Shown piece by piece: positions 55,794 to 63,260 of a stretch of DNA of 64,000 nt (the first letter of the stretch is position 1; each line of letters begins with the position of its first letter). A program made the translations under genes and the position numbers. Under the pieces are notes generated by a model, which was not told where the DNA came from, searched no databases, and saw only the letters and a list, made by a program, of their open reading frames with translations. This stretch comes from Eubacteriales bacterium (GTDB lineage: Bacteria > Bacillota > Clostridia > Oscillospirales > CAG-272), in the NCBI GenBank assembly GCA_045119135.1, contig JBGVCY010000052.1:3621-67620 (forward strand), in the 5' to 3' direction.

Positions 55794-56475
55794 CGAATTG
55801 ATCGGCATCATCGGTGCCATGGAAATTGAGGTGGAAGCACTGCGCGCTCTGATGACCGACGCGCGCGACGAGGTGGTCAGCGGCATCCGCTTTACCGTTG
55901 GCACGCTGGAGGGCACGCCTGCCGTCTGCGCGGTTTGCGGCGTGGGCAAGGTGGCGGCGGCAATGGTTGCCGAGGCAATGATTCTGCGCTTTGGCGTGAC
56001 CCGCCTTCTCAATACGGGCGTTGCGGGCGGCCTTGGCGAAGGGCTTGTGGTGGGCGACATTGTGGTTGCCGATGCCGTGGTCCAGCACGACATGGATACC
56101 ACCGCCCTTGGCGACCCCGCAGGTCTGATCTCGGGTCTTGGCATCGTTAAGATTCCCGCCGATCCCGTTTTCGGTGCCACCCTACAGGCGGCAACCGTTG
56201 CCGCGGGATTTGTCCCCCGCGTGGGCACGGTGGCATCGGGTGACCTTTTCGTGGCAAAGGACGAGGACAAGGCGCGCATCAAGGCGCAGTTCGATGCCGT
56301 TGCCTGTGAAATGGAAGGCGCCGCGATCGGACAGGTTGCCTACACCAACGGCGTGCCCTTTGCTGTGCTGCGCGCCATTTCTGACGGGGGCGACGGTATG
56401 GAATTTTCGGAATTCGTGGGACTTGCCGCCGAGCGCTCGGTAGCGGTTACGCGTGCGCTTCTTGCCCTTCTGTGA
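55783..56475 (+). CDS. mtnN: 5'-methylthioadenosine/S-adenosylhomocysteine nucleosidase
   Basis: IGIIGAMEIEV..., GVGKVAAAM, ACEMEGAAIGQV, and RAISD. Confidence 0.93.
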   Translation: MQNNELIGIIGAMEIEVEALRALMTDARDEVVSGIRFTVGTLEGTPAVCAVCGVGKVAAAMVAEAMILRFGVTRLLNTGVAGGLGEGLVVGDIVVADAVVQHDMDTTALGDPAGLISGLGIVKIPADPVFGATLQAATVAAGFVPRVGTVASGDLFVAKDEDKARIKAQFDAVACEMEGAAIGQVAYTNGVPFAVLRAISDGGDGMEFSEFVGLAAERSVAVTRALLALL

Positions 56476-56485
56476 GGTAAAAACG

Positions 56486-57583
56486 ATGAAACGTATCTTG
56501 ATTTTACTGCTCACCCTCTTCTCGCTCACGCTTCTTTTCGGCTGTGACCGCGGGGAAACCCCGCCCCCCGAAGAAGGCGGCTCCAATCCCCCCGCCGCAC
56601 AAAAGGCGACCTTTTATAACGGAGACAAGAGCGACCAATTTGCCATTGCCGAGGACGTTCATACGCTGATCCTGCCCGCTGCCCCCCAAATGAACGGCGC
56701 CACCTTTATCGGCTGGGTGTACGAGGGGGAGGAGGGCGATGTGCTTTACCACGCAAACGCATCCTTCACCGATCTGCCCGAAACGGGTGACCTTGTCTTC
56801 CGTGCGCTTGGCGTGCGCCTTGCCACAGGCGAGGCGGCAACCCCTTCTCTTACCGAGGAAACGCTGACCTTTTCCGCAACTCTTCACGGCGAGGATTACC
56901 GCAAGCTCGCCTCGCTTGTGGGTACGGAAAACATCACCGTCGGGTTGCTGATCGCTCCTTACGAGCATGTAACGGGCGGTGATCGCACCTTTACGCTTTC
57001 CTGCGGTGCACAGGGACTTTTGAACCGTGTCAACACGCTGTCCCCCGAGGGCACCAACGCTTATTACTCGCTTTCGGGCACCAGCGAAGCCATTGCCCCT
57101 TCCGATATTTTGGAAAAGCTGGCGGGACGTGCCTATCTTTCCTGCACGTTTGGCGGCGAGACCGTGACCGCCTATGCCCCCTATTATCCTCTGAACCACA
57201 CCTGCACGCTGTACGGTGCCAGCGCCGCGGGCTATGAGGTGCTTGCCGCCGCAGGCGCGGACGAAGCAACCCTTGCTCCACTCAAGGCGCGCCTTGACCG
57301 CGTGGTCAGCGTAGGCATCTCCTCGGGTGGCAGTATCCTGCAGGAGTATTCGCTCAACAATGTCGACTTTTTCAATTTCGAGCATTATCAGTCGCCCTAC
57401 ACCCTTTCCGCGGTGCTTACCAACACCCCCGAGGGCTACACCACCTACGTGGTGACGGGCGCCACCGCAAATGCGCATATGACCGTGACCGCCTATTTCA
57501 TCGGTCGCTCCTACCGCGCGCCCGCCCCCGCCGAATGGCAATCGGACGGCATCTATATCGCGGTGGAAAACCCGAAGGCGTAA
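56486..57583 (+). CDS. Hypothetical lipoprotein (365 aa)
   Basis: MKRILILLLTLFSLTLLFGC lipobox. No recognised family. Confidence 0.7.
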   Translation: MKRILILLLTLFSLTLLFGCDRGETPPPEEGGSNPPAAQKATFYNGDKSDQFAIAEDVHTLILPAAPQMNGATFIGWVYEGEEGDVLYHANASFTDLPETGDLVFRALGVRLATGEAATPSLTEETLTFSATLHGEDYRKLASLVGTENITVGLLIAPYEHVTGGDRTFTLSCGAQGLLNRVNTLSPEGTNAYYSLSGTSEAIAPSDILEKLAGRAYLSCTFGGETVTAYAPYYPLNHTCTLYGASAAGYEVLAAAGADEATLAPLKARLDRVVSVGISSGGSILQEYSLNNVDFFNFEHYQSPYTLSAVLTNTPEGYTTYVVTGATANAHMTVTAYFIGRSYRAPAPAEWQSDGIYIAVENPKA

Positions 57584-57586
57584 CTC

Positions 57587-57615
57587 AAAAAAGGACGGAG
57601 ACATCCGTCCTTTTT
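57587..57615 (+). terminator. Rho-independent terminator
   Basis: aaaaaaGGACGGagacatCCGTCCttttt. Confidence 0.8.
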
Positions 57616-57621
57616 ATCATC

Positions 57622-57650
57622 TTGCAAAATCCGACAGGATGTGCTATACT
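57622..57650 (+). promoter_or_regulatory. Sigma-A promoter of the dCMP deaminase gene
   Basis: TTGCAA-17 nt-TATACT. Confidence 0.5.
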
Positions 57651-57698
57651 ACATATATATTGTTATAATGTGGGACAACCCACAGGAAAGAGGGCTTT

Positions 57699-58187
57699 AT
57701 GGAGCGCGTTTCCAAGGAAAATTACTATCTGGATATTGCACAAACGGTTTCCGAGCGTGCAACCTGTCTGCGCCGCCGCTTCGGTGCAATCATCGTAAAG
57801 AACGACGTCATCGTTTCGACGGGATACAACGGTGCGCCCCGCGGGCGCAAGAACTGCTCGGATCTGGGCTTTTGCTACCGCGATCAGATGCAGATCCCGC
57901 GCGGCGAGCGCTATGAGCTTTGCCGTTCGGTGCACGCCGAGCAGAATGCCATCATCGCCGCACCCCGCGAGCAGATGCTGGGCGCGACCCTGTATATGGT
58001 TTGCACCTCGCCCGAGGATGGCAGTGTGCAGGGCGGCTGCAACTCGTGTATGATGTGCAAGCGCGTGATCCTGAACGCAGGCATCTCCACCGTAGTGGTG
58101 CGCGATACCGCCACCGAATACCGTGTGATCAACACCGCCGATTGGATCGAGGATGACGATTCGCTCAGCGGCAAATTCGGCTATTGA
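57699..58187 (+). CDS. comEB: Deoxycytidylate (dCMP) deaminase, ComEB-like
   Basis: YYLDIAQTVSERATCLRRRFGAIIV, HAEQNAI, and CNSCMMCKRVILNAGI zinc motifs. Confidence 0.92.
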   Translation: MERVSKENYYLDIAQTVSERATCLRRRFGAIIVKNDVIVSTGYNGAPRGRKNCSDLGFCYRDQMQIPRGERYELCRSVHAEQNAIIAAPREQMLGATLYMVCTSPEDGSVQGGCNSCMMCKRVILNAGISTVVVRDTATEYRVINTADWIEDDDSLSGKFGY

Positions 58188-58392
58188 GGAAGCGACTGTA
58201 AAAGAAAAAACAAGAGTCATCGGCTATGCCGTAATGATCGCCGTCCGTGTGGCGATCGCAATGGCTTCGACAGACACGGCTGACCCTGCCAATGTGTATA
58301 GCTGCCGCAACTTTTTGAAGGCGGGCTATACGTTCCATTCGCGCAAGCAAAAATACGGCGGCCTTGTGCGTGATATTTACTGTAAACAAATC

Positions 58393-58424
58393 AAAAAAGC
58401 GTAACCTTGCGGTTACGCTTTTTT
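58393..58424. terminator. Bidirectional terminator inside a 23-bp perfect inverted repeat
   Basis: AAACAAATCAAAAAAGCGTAACCttgcGGTTACGCTTTTTTGATTTGTT. Confidence 0.8.
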
Positions 58425-58462
58425 GATTTGTTAAAGGATGTACGGCAGATACGGGTCGCTTA

Positions 58463-58672
58463 TTACGGCACTTGGTCGGGGATATATTCCATAATATCCT
58501 CAACGCGGCAGTCAAGCGCCGCACACAGCTTATTCAGGGTCTTGGTCTCGATATTGTCATTTGCCTTCAGGCGGCGCACGGTCTTGCTGTCAATGCCGCA
58601 ATCCTCGCGCAGCTGATAGGTCGATACTCCTTTTTCGCGCATCACCTTCCATAATTTTTCAAACACGATCAT
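58463..58672 (-). CDS. XRE-family helix-turn-helix regulator (69 aa)
   Basis: MIVFEKLWKVMREKGVSTYQLREDCGIDSKTVRRLKANDNIETKTLNKLCAALDCRVEDIMEY. The internal ATG of track ORF 58463..58894 is used. Confidence 0.85.
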   Translation of the reverse strand: MIVFEKLWKVMREKGVSTYQLREDCGIDSKTVRRLKANDNIETKTLNKLCAALDCRVEDIMEYIPDQVP

Positions 58673-58684
58673 AGCAACGCCCCC

Positions 58685-58713
58685 TTGACAATTATTATTA
58701 TGGGGGTTATAAT
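58685..58713 (+). promoter_or_regulatory. Consensus sigma-A promoter for the 50-aa ORF, embedded in inverted repeats
   Basis: TTGACA-17 nt-TATAAT. It is flanked by TTATGGGG (58698-58705) / CCCCATAA (58737-58744), with the GGGGATataATCCCC palindrome at 58726-58740. Confidence 0.55.
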
Positions 58714-58754
58714 CTTTATTATTAAGGGGATATAATCCCCATAAGAGGTAAGTT

Positions 58755-58907
58755 ATGGATGATAAAAGCAAGAAAAAACGCGTCGGTGACGAAGCCGAAA
58801 AACGGCTGGAACGGTTGAACGAAATGCTTTCCCGTTTGCAAATTTCCCCGATGACGGCAGAGGAATTTGCGGCACTGGAACGGGATATCGACAACTTCGA
58901 AAAATGA
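58755..58907 (+). CDS. Small hypothetical protein (50 aa), below the ORF-track cutoff
   Basis: Manual translation: MDDKSKKKRVGDEAEKRLERLNEMLSRLQISPMTAEEFAALERDIDNFEK. It has an AAGAGG RBS, its own consensus promoter, and a terminator at 58972-59004. Confidence 0.5.
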   Translation: MDDKSKKKRVGDEAEKRLERLNEMLSRLQISPMTAEEFAALERDIDNFEK

Positions 58908-58971
58908 TTTTTGAAGGGTTCGAGATGTGCGAAATGCAGAAGGCGCTTTGCGGCATCCTGCTGCCTGCTTT

Positions 58972-59004
58972 AAAAAAGGGCACGCCATTCGGCGCGCCCT
59001 TTTT
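58972..59004. terminator. Bidirectional terminator (small ORF / tRNA-Gly)
   Basis: aaaaaaGGGCACGCCattcGGCGCGCCCttttt, abutting the tRNA 3' end. Confidence 0.75.
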
Positions 59005-59078
59005 TGGAGCAGGCAACGGGAATCGAACCCGCAGCATCAGCTTGGGAAGCTGAGGTTTTACCACTAGACTATGCCTGC
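59005..59078 (-). tRNA. tRNA-Gly (anticodon CCC), CCA encoded
   Basis: Minus-strand read: GCAGGCATAGTCTAGTGGTAAAACCTCAGCTTCCCAAGCTGATGCTGCGGGTTCGATTCCCGTTGCCTGCTCCA. Acceptor GCAGGCA/TGCCTGC, anticodon stem TCAGC/GCTGA with loop TTCCCAA, T-arm GCGGG-TTCGATT-CCCGT. Confidence 0.93.
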
Positions 59079-59088
59079 GAACAGTATT

Positions 59089-59117
59089 ATTATAGCCCAC
59101 AAAATGGCACTTGTCAA
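59089..59117 (-). promoter_or_regulatory. Consensus sigma-A promoter of tRNA-Gly
   Basis: Minus-strand TTGACA-17 nt-TATAAT, about 10 nt upstream of the tRNA 5' end. Confidence 0.6.
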
Positions 59118-59143
59118 TGCCCAAGGGTAAGATTTTTTCAAAA

Positions 59144-59170
59144 CAAAAAGGGGCGTTTCGCCCCTTTTTG
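59144..59170 (-). terminator. Terminator after the LRR lipoprotein gene
   Basis: caaaaaGGGGCGtttCGCCCCtttttg. Confidence 0.8.
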
Positions 59171-59180
59171 TCAGCCCTCG

Positions 59181-59882
59181 TCAGCTTTTCGGAAAACACG
59201 TCACGGTGGCGTTTTGGAAAACGTCGTTGCCCGCCTCAACCGTCATGGCGGCGCGGGTGCTTTGCCATTCGGTCTCGCTGCCCGTAAAGTGCAGCTTCAG
59301 CGCGGCACTGCCCCCCGTATAAAAGGCACCGTACCCCACTTGCGAAAGCGGCGTGGAGATCGAAACCGTCGCAAGCGACGAGCAGTTGGAAAAAGCATTC
59401 TCATCGATCAGAGCAAGCCCCACGCCGCCCGACACGGTCTTCAGGCTCGTACAGTTTTCAAAAACGGCATACGGCAGTGCCGTAAGCGATGCGGGCAGGG
59501 TCACGGTTTTCAGGGCAGCCAGATTCTTAAAGGCGTATTCGCCAAGACCCGTTACCCCCTCTTCCACGGTTACGGTGGTGATATAAGAGAGCAGCTCTGC
59601 CCACGGGCGGCTGTCATTGCCCACATCCACTGTGGGAAAATCGGGCATGGCGCCCGTGCCACCGATGATCAGTTCACCGTCGGTCATCAGCTTCCAGGTG
59701 ACGGTGCTCTCGCCCACGTCGCCCTTGAAGGCAACCTTGGGTCCCTCCGGCTCTCCGCCTTCCTCGCCACCCTCTGTACCTTCGGTCGGGGGCTCTTCGG
59801 GGGGAGCTTCCTCATCCTTGCAGGCAACCAGGCAAACACACAGCAGCAGTGCCAGAGCAAATACAAAAATGCGTTTCAACAT
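59181..59882 (-). CDS. BspA-type leucine-rich-repeat lipoprotein
   Basis: MLKRIFVFALALLLCVCLVAC lipobox, Glu/Pro/Gly linker, and repeats such as IGEYAFKNLAALKTVTLPASLTALPYAVFENCTSLKTV...IDENAFSNCSSLATVSI. Confidence 0.8.
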   Translation of the reverse strand: MLKRIFVFALALLLCVCLVACKDEEAPPEEPPTEGTEGGEEGGEPEGPKVAFKGDVGESTVTWKLMTDGELIIGGTGAMPDFPTVDVGNDSRPWAELLSYITTVTVEEGVTGLGEYAFKNLAALKTVTLPASLTALPYAVFENCTSLKTVSGGVGLALIDENAFSNCSSLATVSISTPLSQVGYGAFYTGGSAALKLHFTGSETEWQSTRAAMTVEAGNDVFQNATVTCFPKS

Positions 59883-59938
59883 CACAATTCCTTTCAGCAA
59901 AAGCGGGGTGCAATCACCCCGCTGATTTTCGTAAAATG

Positions 59939-60502
59939 TCAGAGAATCGGCGTACCGTCCGCACGAAACAGCGGCAGCTTTTCCAGATAAATGATGTCAT
60001 CGCGGTCGGCGGCATCACCCTCGGCAAGGATGGTCATACGACCCACGATATTGCCGCCTGCGGCGTTGACCAGCTGCTCGATGGCGTGCAGCGATTCACC
60101 CGTGGAGATCACATCATCCACGATCACGATGCGTTTTCCGCGCATCAGCTCGGCATCGGTGCGGTCCAGATACAGATGCTGGGTCTTTGCCGTGGTGATC
60201 GAGCGGACCTCAACCTCCATCACATCCGACATATACAGCTTGGGCGCCTTGCGCGCCAGAAAATATTTCTGGTTGCCTGCAAGACGTGCCATCTCGTGCA
60301 CCAGCGGAATGCCCTTTGCTTCTGCCGAGATCAGATAATCGTAGGCGGGCGCGCGCTCCAACAGCGCCTTTGCGGTAGCGGTGGTCAGCTCGGGGTCGCC
60401 GAAAATGACGAACGCGCCGATCGACAGCTCGTCGCTGATGGGGCAAAGGGGCAGGTCACGGTCAAGACCCGCTATGTTCATACGGTATGCCTTTTGGCTC
60501 AT
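59939..60502 (-). CDS. Phosphoribosyltransferase family protein (adenine/xanthine PRTase-like)
   Basis: RIVIVDDVISTGESL PRPP-binding motif; 187 aa. Confidence 0.82.
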   Translation of the reverse strand: MSQKAYRMNIAGLDRDLPLCPISDELSIGAFVIFGDPELTTATAKALLERAPAYDYLISAEAKGIPLVHEMARLAGNQKYFLARKAPKLYMSDVMEVEVRSITTAKTQHLYLDRTDAELMRGKRIVIVDDVISTGESLHAIEQLVNAAGGNIVGRMTILAEGDAADRDDIIYLEKLPLFRADGTPIL

Positions 60503-60514
60503 AATAGCTTCTCC

Positions 60515-61549
60515 TTATAATGAACAAATTAATTTTTCAATAGCAGAATAATCGCCGCGCAGGCGCTTCAGCTCGCGGTCGGCATCGGTGGCAAGGCGGA
60601 TGGCGCGGGCAAGGCGTGCGGGATCGGTGCGACCCGCGGCGCGGGCAACAAGCCCCGCCTTGTATTCGTGCACGCGCAGGGCTTCGGCAATCTCGCGCTT
60701 GCCCTTGCCCGCATCCAGCAGTACGCGTGCCGTTTGCATCTCGCAAAGCGTGCGCGACAGCTCGCCCAGCACTACCGTGGGATCGACACGCTCGAACTTC
60801 ATCACAGCAAGCACCGAAAGTGCCTCGCGGGTCTTGCCGTCAAGAATGGCATTGGAAAACGCAAAGGCATCGGCGCTGACAGCAGGCACTGCAACCGTTG
60901 TTACGTATTCGCGTGTGACAACCGTTTCGCCCTTTGCAAGCACAAAGCAGGCAAGCTTTTCAATCTCATTTGCCAGCTGATACATATCCCGCCCTGCATA
61001 GGCGACAAGATAGGCACAGACATCGGGCGCGGCGCTGACACCGCGATGGGCAAAATGCTTGCCTGCCCACGCCGCAAGGCGCGCATCGGTTGATGCAGGA
61101 AACTGCACGGGGGTCGCCACCTCGCCAAGCTTTTTGAGCATCGCCGAGGGCTTTTTGGGCAAGTACCCCTCATCGATCAGGCCTGCCGCCACCTCGATGA
61201 TGATGGTATTGTAATCGTATTCGGGCAACAGCGAAAGCGCCTCAATCAAGGCATCTGCGTCGCTTGGCTTCATGCGCGTGAAATCGAATCCGCGCAGCAA
61301 CACAAGTCTTGCCTCTGCCATCATCGGGGGCGGACTCATCGCATCCAGCAGCTTATCGGGGGTAAAATCAAGTGCATCGATGGTGATATCGTTAAACAGC
61401 GCAAACGAAGGATCGGGACACAGCCGCTCGCGGGTCTGCCGCACGGCAAACGCCTTCAGATAATCCTCTTCACCAAAAAAAAGGAATGCCTTTCCCGCCA
61501 CGCGGTCAAGCTGCTTGCGATATTCGGCTTCGCTGATGATCTCGCGCAT
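60515..61549 (-). CDS. holA: DNA polymerase III subunit delta
   Basis: 344 aa; FLFFGEEDYLK..., with overall length and helical C-terminal domains typical of HolA. Confidence 0.85.
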   Translation of the reverse strand: MREIISEAEYRKQLDRVAGKAFLFFGEEDYLKAFAVRQTRERLCPDPSFALFNDITIDALDFTPDKLLDAMSPPPMMAEARLVLLRGFDFTRMKPSDADALIEALSLLPEYDYNTIIIEVAAGLIDEGYLPKKPSAMLKKLGEVATPVQFPASTDARLAAWAGKHFAHRGVSAAPDVCAYLVAYAGRDMYQLANEIEKLACFVLAKGETVVTREYVTTVAVPAVSADAFAFSNAILDGKTREALSVLAVMKFERVDPTVVLGELSRTLCEMQTARVLLDAGKGKREIAEALRVHEYKAGLVARAAGRTDPARLARAIRLATDADRELKRLRGDYSAIEKLICSL

Positions 61550-61580
61550 AAAGGCACCTCCTTTCCTTCCTTACAGTATT

Positions 61581-61609
61581 ATTATACCCGCCGCCGCGCG
61601 CCTTGTCAA
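61581..61609 (-). promoter_or_regulatory. Consensus sigma-A promoter of holA
   Basis: Minus-strand TTGACA-17 nt-TATAAT. Confidence 0.55.
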
Positions 61610-61716
61610 TTCTCTTGTTGAATTTCGCGCCTCTTTTGTGAAATCTGCAAAAAACCACCTGTGCGAAAAAATGCGAATTTTGTTGCACGCGCGCGCAAAA
61701 AATATTGCCAAAACTA

Positions 61717-61745
61717 TTGCACGCTAAAAAAAATGGTGTTATAAT
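61717..61745 (+). promoter_or_regulatory. Sigma-A promoter of the GMP synthase subunit gene
   Basis: TTGCAC-17 nt-TATAAT, about 45 nt upstream of the ATG. That leaves no room for a purine riboswitch. Confidence 0.5.
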
Positions 61746-61790
61746 AAATTATCCTTTTTTATCGTTTATTTTACCGAGGAGGAAATATAT

Positions 61791-62792
61791 ATGCAGATCG
61801 TCAAACGTCCCGAAACCATGGAACGCATCACCACCCCCGCGCTTGCCAACGCGTTTATCGAGCAAGAGGTTGCCAATATCCGCGCACAGGTAGGCGACAA
61901 AAAGGTGCTTCTCGCCCTCTCCGGCGGTGTTGACTCCTCGGTGGTTGCCGCACTTCTGATCAAAGCCATCGGCAAGCAGCTGGTCTGCGTGCACGTCAAT
62001 CACGGCCTGATGCGCAAGGGCGAATCCGAGCAGGTGATCGAGGTGTTCGGCAAGGCGCTGGATGCCAACCTTATTTATATCGATGCGACCGACCGCTTCC
62101 TGGACCTTCTTGCAGGCGTTTCCGAGCCCGAAAAGAAGCGCAAGATCATCGGCGCAGAATTCATTAACGTCTTTGCCGAAGAGGCATCGAAGCTGGAGGG
62201 TATCTCCTTCCTCGCTCAGGGCACCATTTACCCCGACATTCTGGAAAGCATCAAGCAGGCAGAGGGGAAAAAGGCAATCAAATCCCACCACAACGTGGGC
62301 GGTCTGCCCGAGGACCTGCAGTTTGAGCTGGTCGAGCCCGTCAAGCTCTTGTTTAAGGACGAGGTGCGCGTCGTCGGCGAGGCACTGGGTCTGCCGCACG
62401 GTATGGTATACCGTCAGCCGTTCCCCGGCCCCGGTCTTGGCGTCCGTTGCCTTGGTGCCATTACCCGCGACCGTCTGCACGCTCTGCGCGAGGCAGATGC
62501 CATCCTGCGTGAGGAGTTTGACAACGCAGGTCTTGCCGAAAAGGTTTGGCAGTATTTCATCGCCGTGCCCGATATCAAGAGCGTTGGCGTGAAGGACGAA
62601 AGCCGTTACGAGGGTTGGCCCGCGATCATCCGCGCCATCAACACCAAGGATGCAATGACCGCCACCATTGAAGAGATCCCCTACCCTGTGCTGCACAAGA
62701 TCGTGGCGCGCATCACTGCCGAGGTTGAGGGTATCAACCGCGTGCTTTACGACCTGACGCCCAAGCCCACGGGCACCATCGAGTGGGAATAA
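61791..62792 (+). CDS. guaA: GMP synthase ATP-pyrophosphatase/dimerisation subunit only (no glutamine amidotransferase domain)
   Basis: 333 aa; LALSGGVDSSV PP-loop, HHNVGGLP, and C-terminal ...DLTPKPTGTIEWE. The ORF begins just before the PP-loop domain. Confidence 0.92.
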   Translation: MQIVKRPETMERITTPALANAFIEQEVANIRAQVGDKKVLLALSGGVDSSVVAALLIKAIGKQLVCVHVNHGLMRKGESEQVIEVFGKALDANLIYIDATDRFLDLLAGVSEPEKKRKIIGAEFINVFAEEASKLEGISFLAQGTIYPDILESIKQAEGKKAIKSHHNVGGLPEDLQFELVEPVKLLFKDEVRVVGEALGLPHGMVYRQPFPGPGLGVRCLGAITRDRLHALREADAILREEFDNAGLAEKVWQYFIAVPDIKSVGVKDESRYEGWPAIIRAINTKDAMTATIEEIPYPVLHKIVARITAEVEGINRVLYDLTPKPTGTIEWE

Positions 62793-62824
62793 TCGATCTG
62801 TCCGATTTTGTTACCAAATAAATT

Positions 62825-62866
62825 AAAGCAACGGCAGGAACGCAAGCGTTCCTGCCGTTGCTTTTT
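62825..62866 (+). terminator. Rho-independent terminator after guaA
   Basis: AAAGCAACGGCAGGAACGcaaGCGTTCCTGCCGTTGCTTTtt. Confidence 0.85.
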
Positions 62867-62886
62867 CTGGAATGTCAAATTTTCTA

Positions 62887-62915
62887 TTGACAAAAGCAAT
62901 ACTTCGTGATATGAT
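62887..62915 (+). promoter_or_regulatory. Sigma-A promoter of the padR operon
   Basis: TTGACA-17 nt-TATGAT. Confidence 0.55.
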
Positions 62916-62936
62916 GTATTACGCAAGGAGGAGTAT

Positions 62937-63260
62937 GCTAAGGACATCCAATTAAAACGCGGACTGCTTGATGTATGCGTATTAGCCGCGATCAAAAACG
63001 AAGATTCCTACGGCTATCAAATCATCAAGGATATGAAGCCGTATATCGAAATGTCGGAATCGACGCTGTACACGATACTGAAGCGCTTGGAGCTTTCGGG
63101 AATGCTGACGGTACGCACCGCTGAGCACGGGGGAAGACTGCGCAAATACTATCACATCACAAGCAGGGGTCTTGAGCGCATAGAGGAATTCAAGAACGAA
63201 TGGCGTGAGGTGATGTCGATTTATCAATTTGTGATAAAGGAGGATGAAGGAAATGCGTAA
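62937..63260 (+). CDS. PadR-family transcriptional regulator; start codon problem (ATG at 62935 is out of frame by one nucleotide)
   Basis: The in-frame read from 62937 is AKDIQLKRGLLDVCVLAAIKNEDSYGYQIIKDMKPYIEMSESTLYTILKRLE..., a full PadR N-terminus. The track only reports 63033..63260. AAGGAGGAG RBS at 62925-62933. Confidence 0.7.
   Translation, partial: AKDIQLKRGLLDVCVLAAIKNEDSYGYQIIKDMKPYIEMSESTLYTILKRLELSGMLTVRTAEHGGRLRKYYHITSRGLERIEEFKNEWREVMSIYQFVIKEDEGNA

Noticed and set aside
58190-59005. Genomic island integrated at tRNA-Gly, with a direct repeat of the tRNA 3' end
   Set aside because: I could not find a second copy of the tRNA 3' segment (TGGAGCAGGCAACGGGAATCG or its complement) in the flanking kilobases, and there is no integrase. 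At most, the small XRE module could be a remnant.
59004-59990. 328-aa plus-strand ORF spanning the tRNA-Gly gene and the LRR lipoprotein gene
   Set aside because: It overlaps a well-formed tRNA and the antisense of a gene with a lipobox and LRR repeats. It is not credible.
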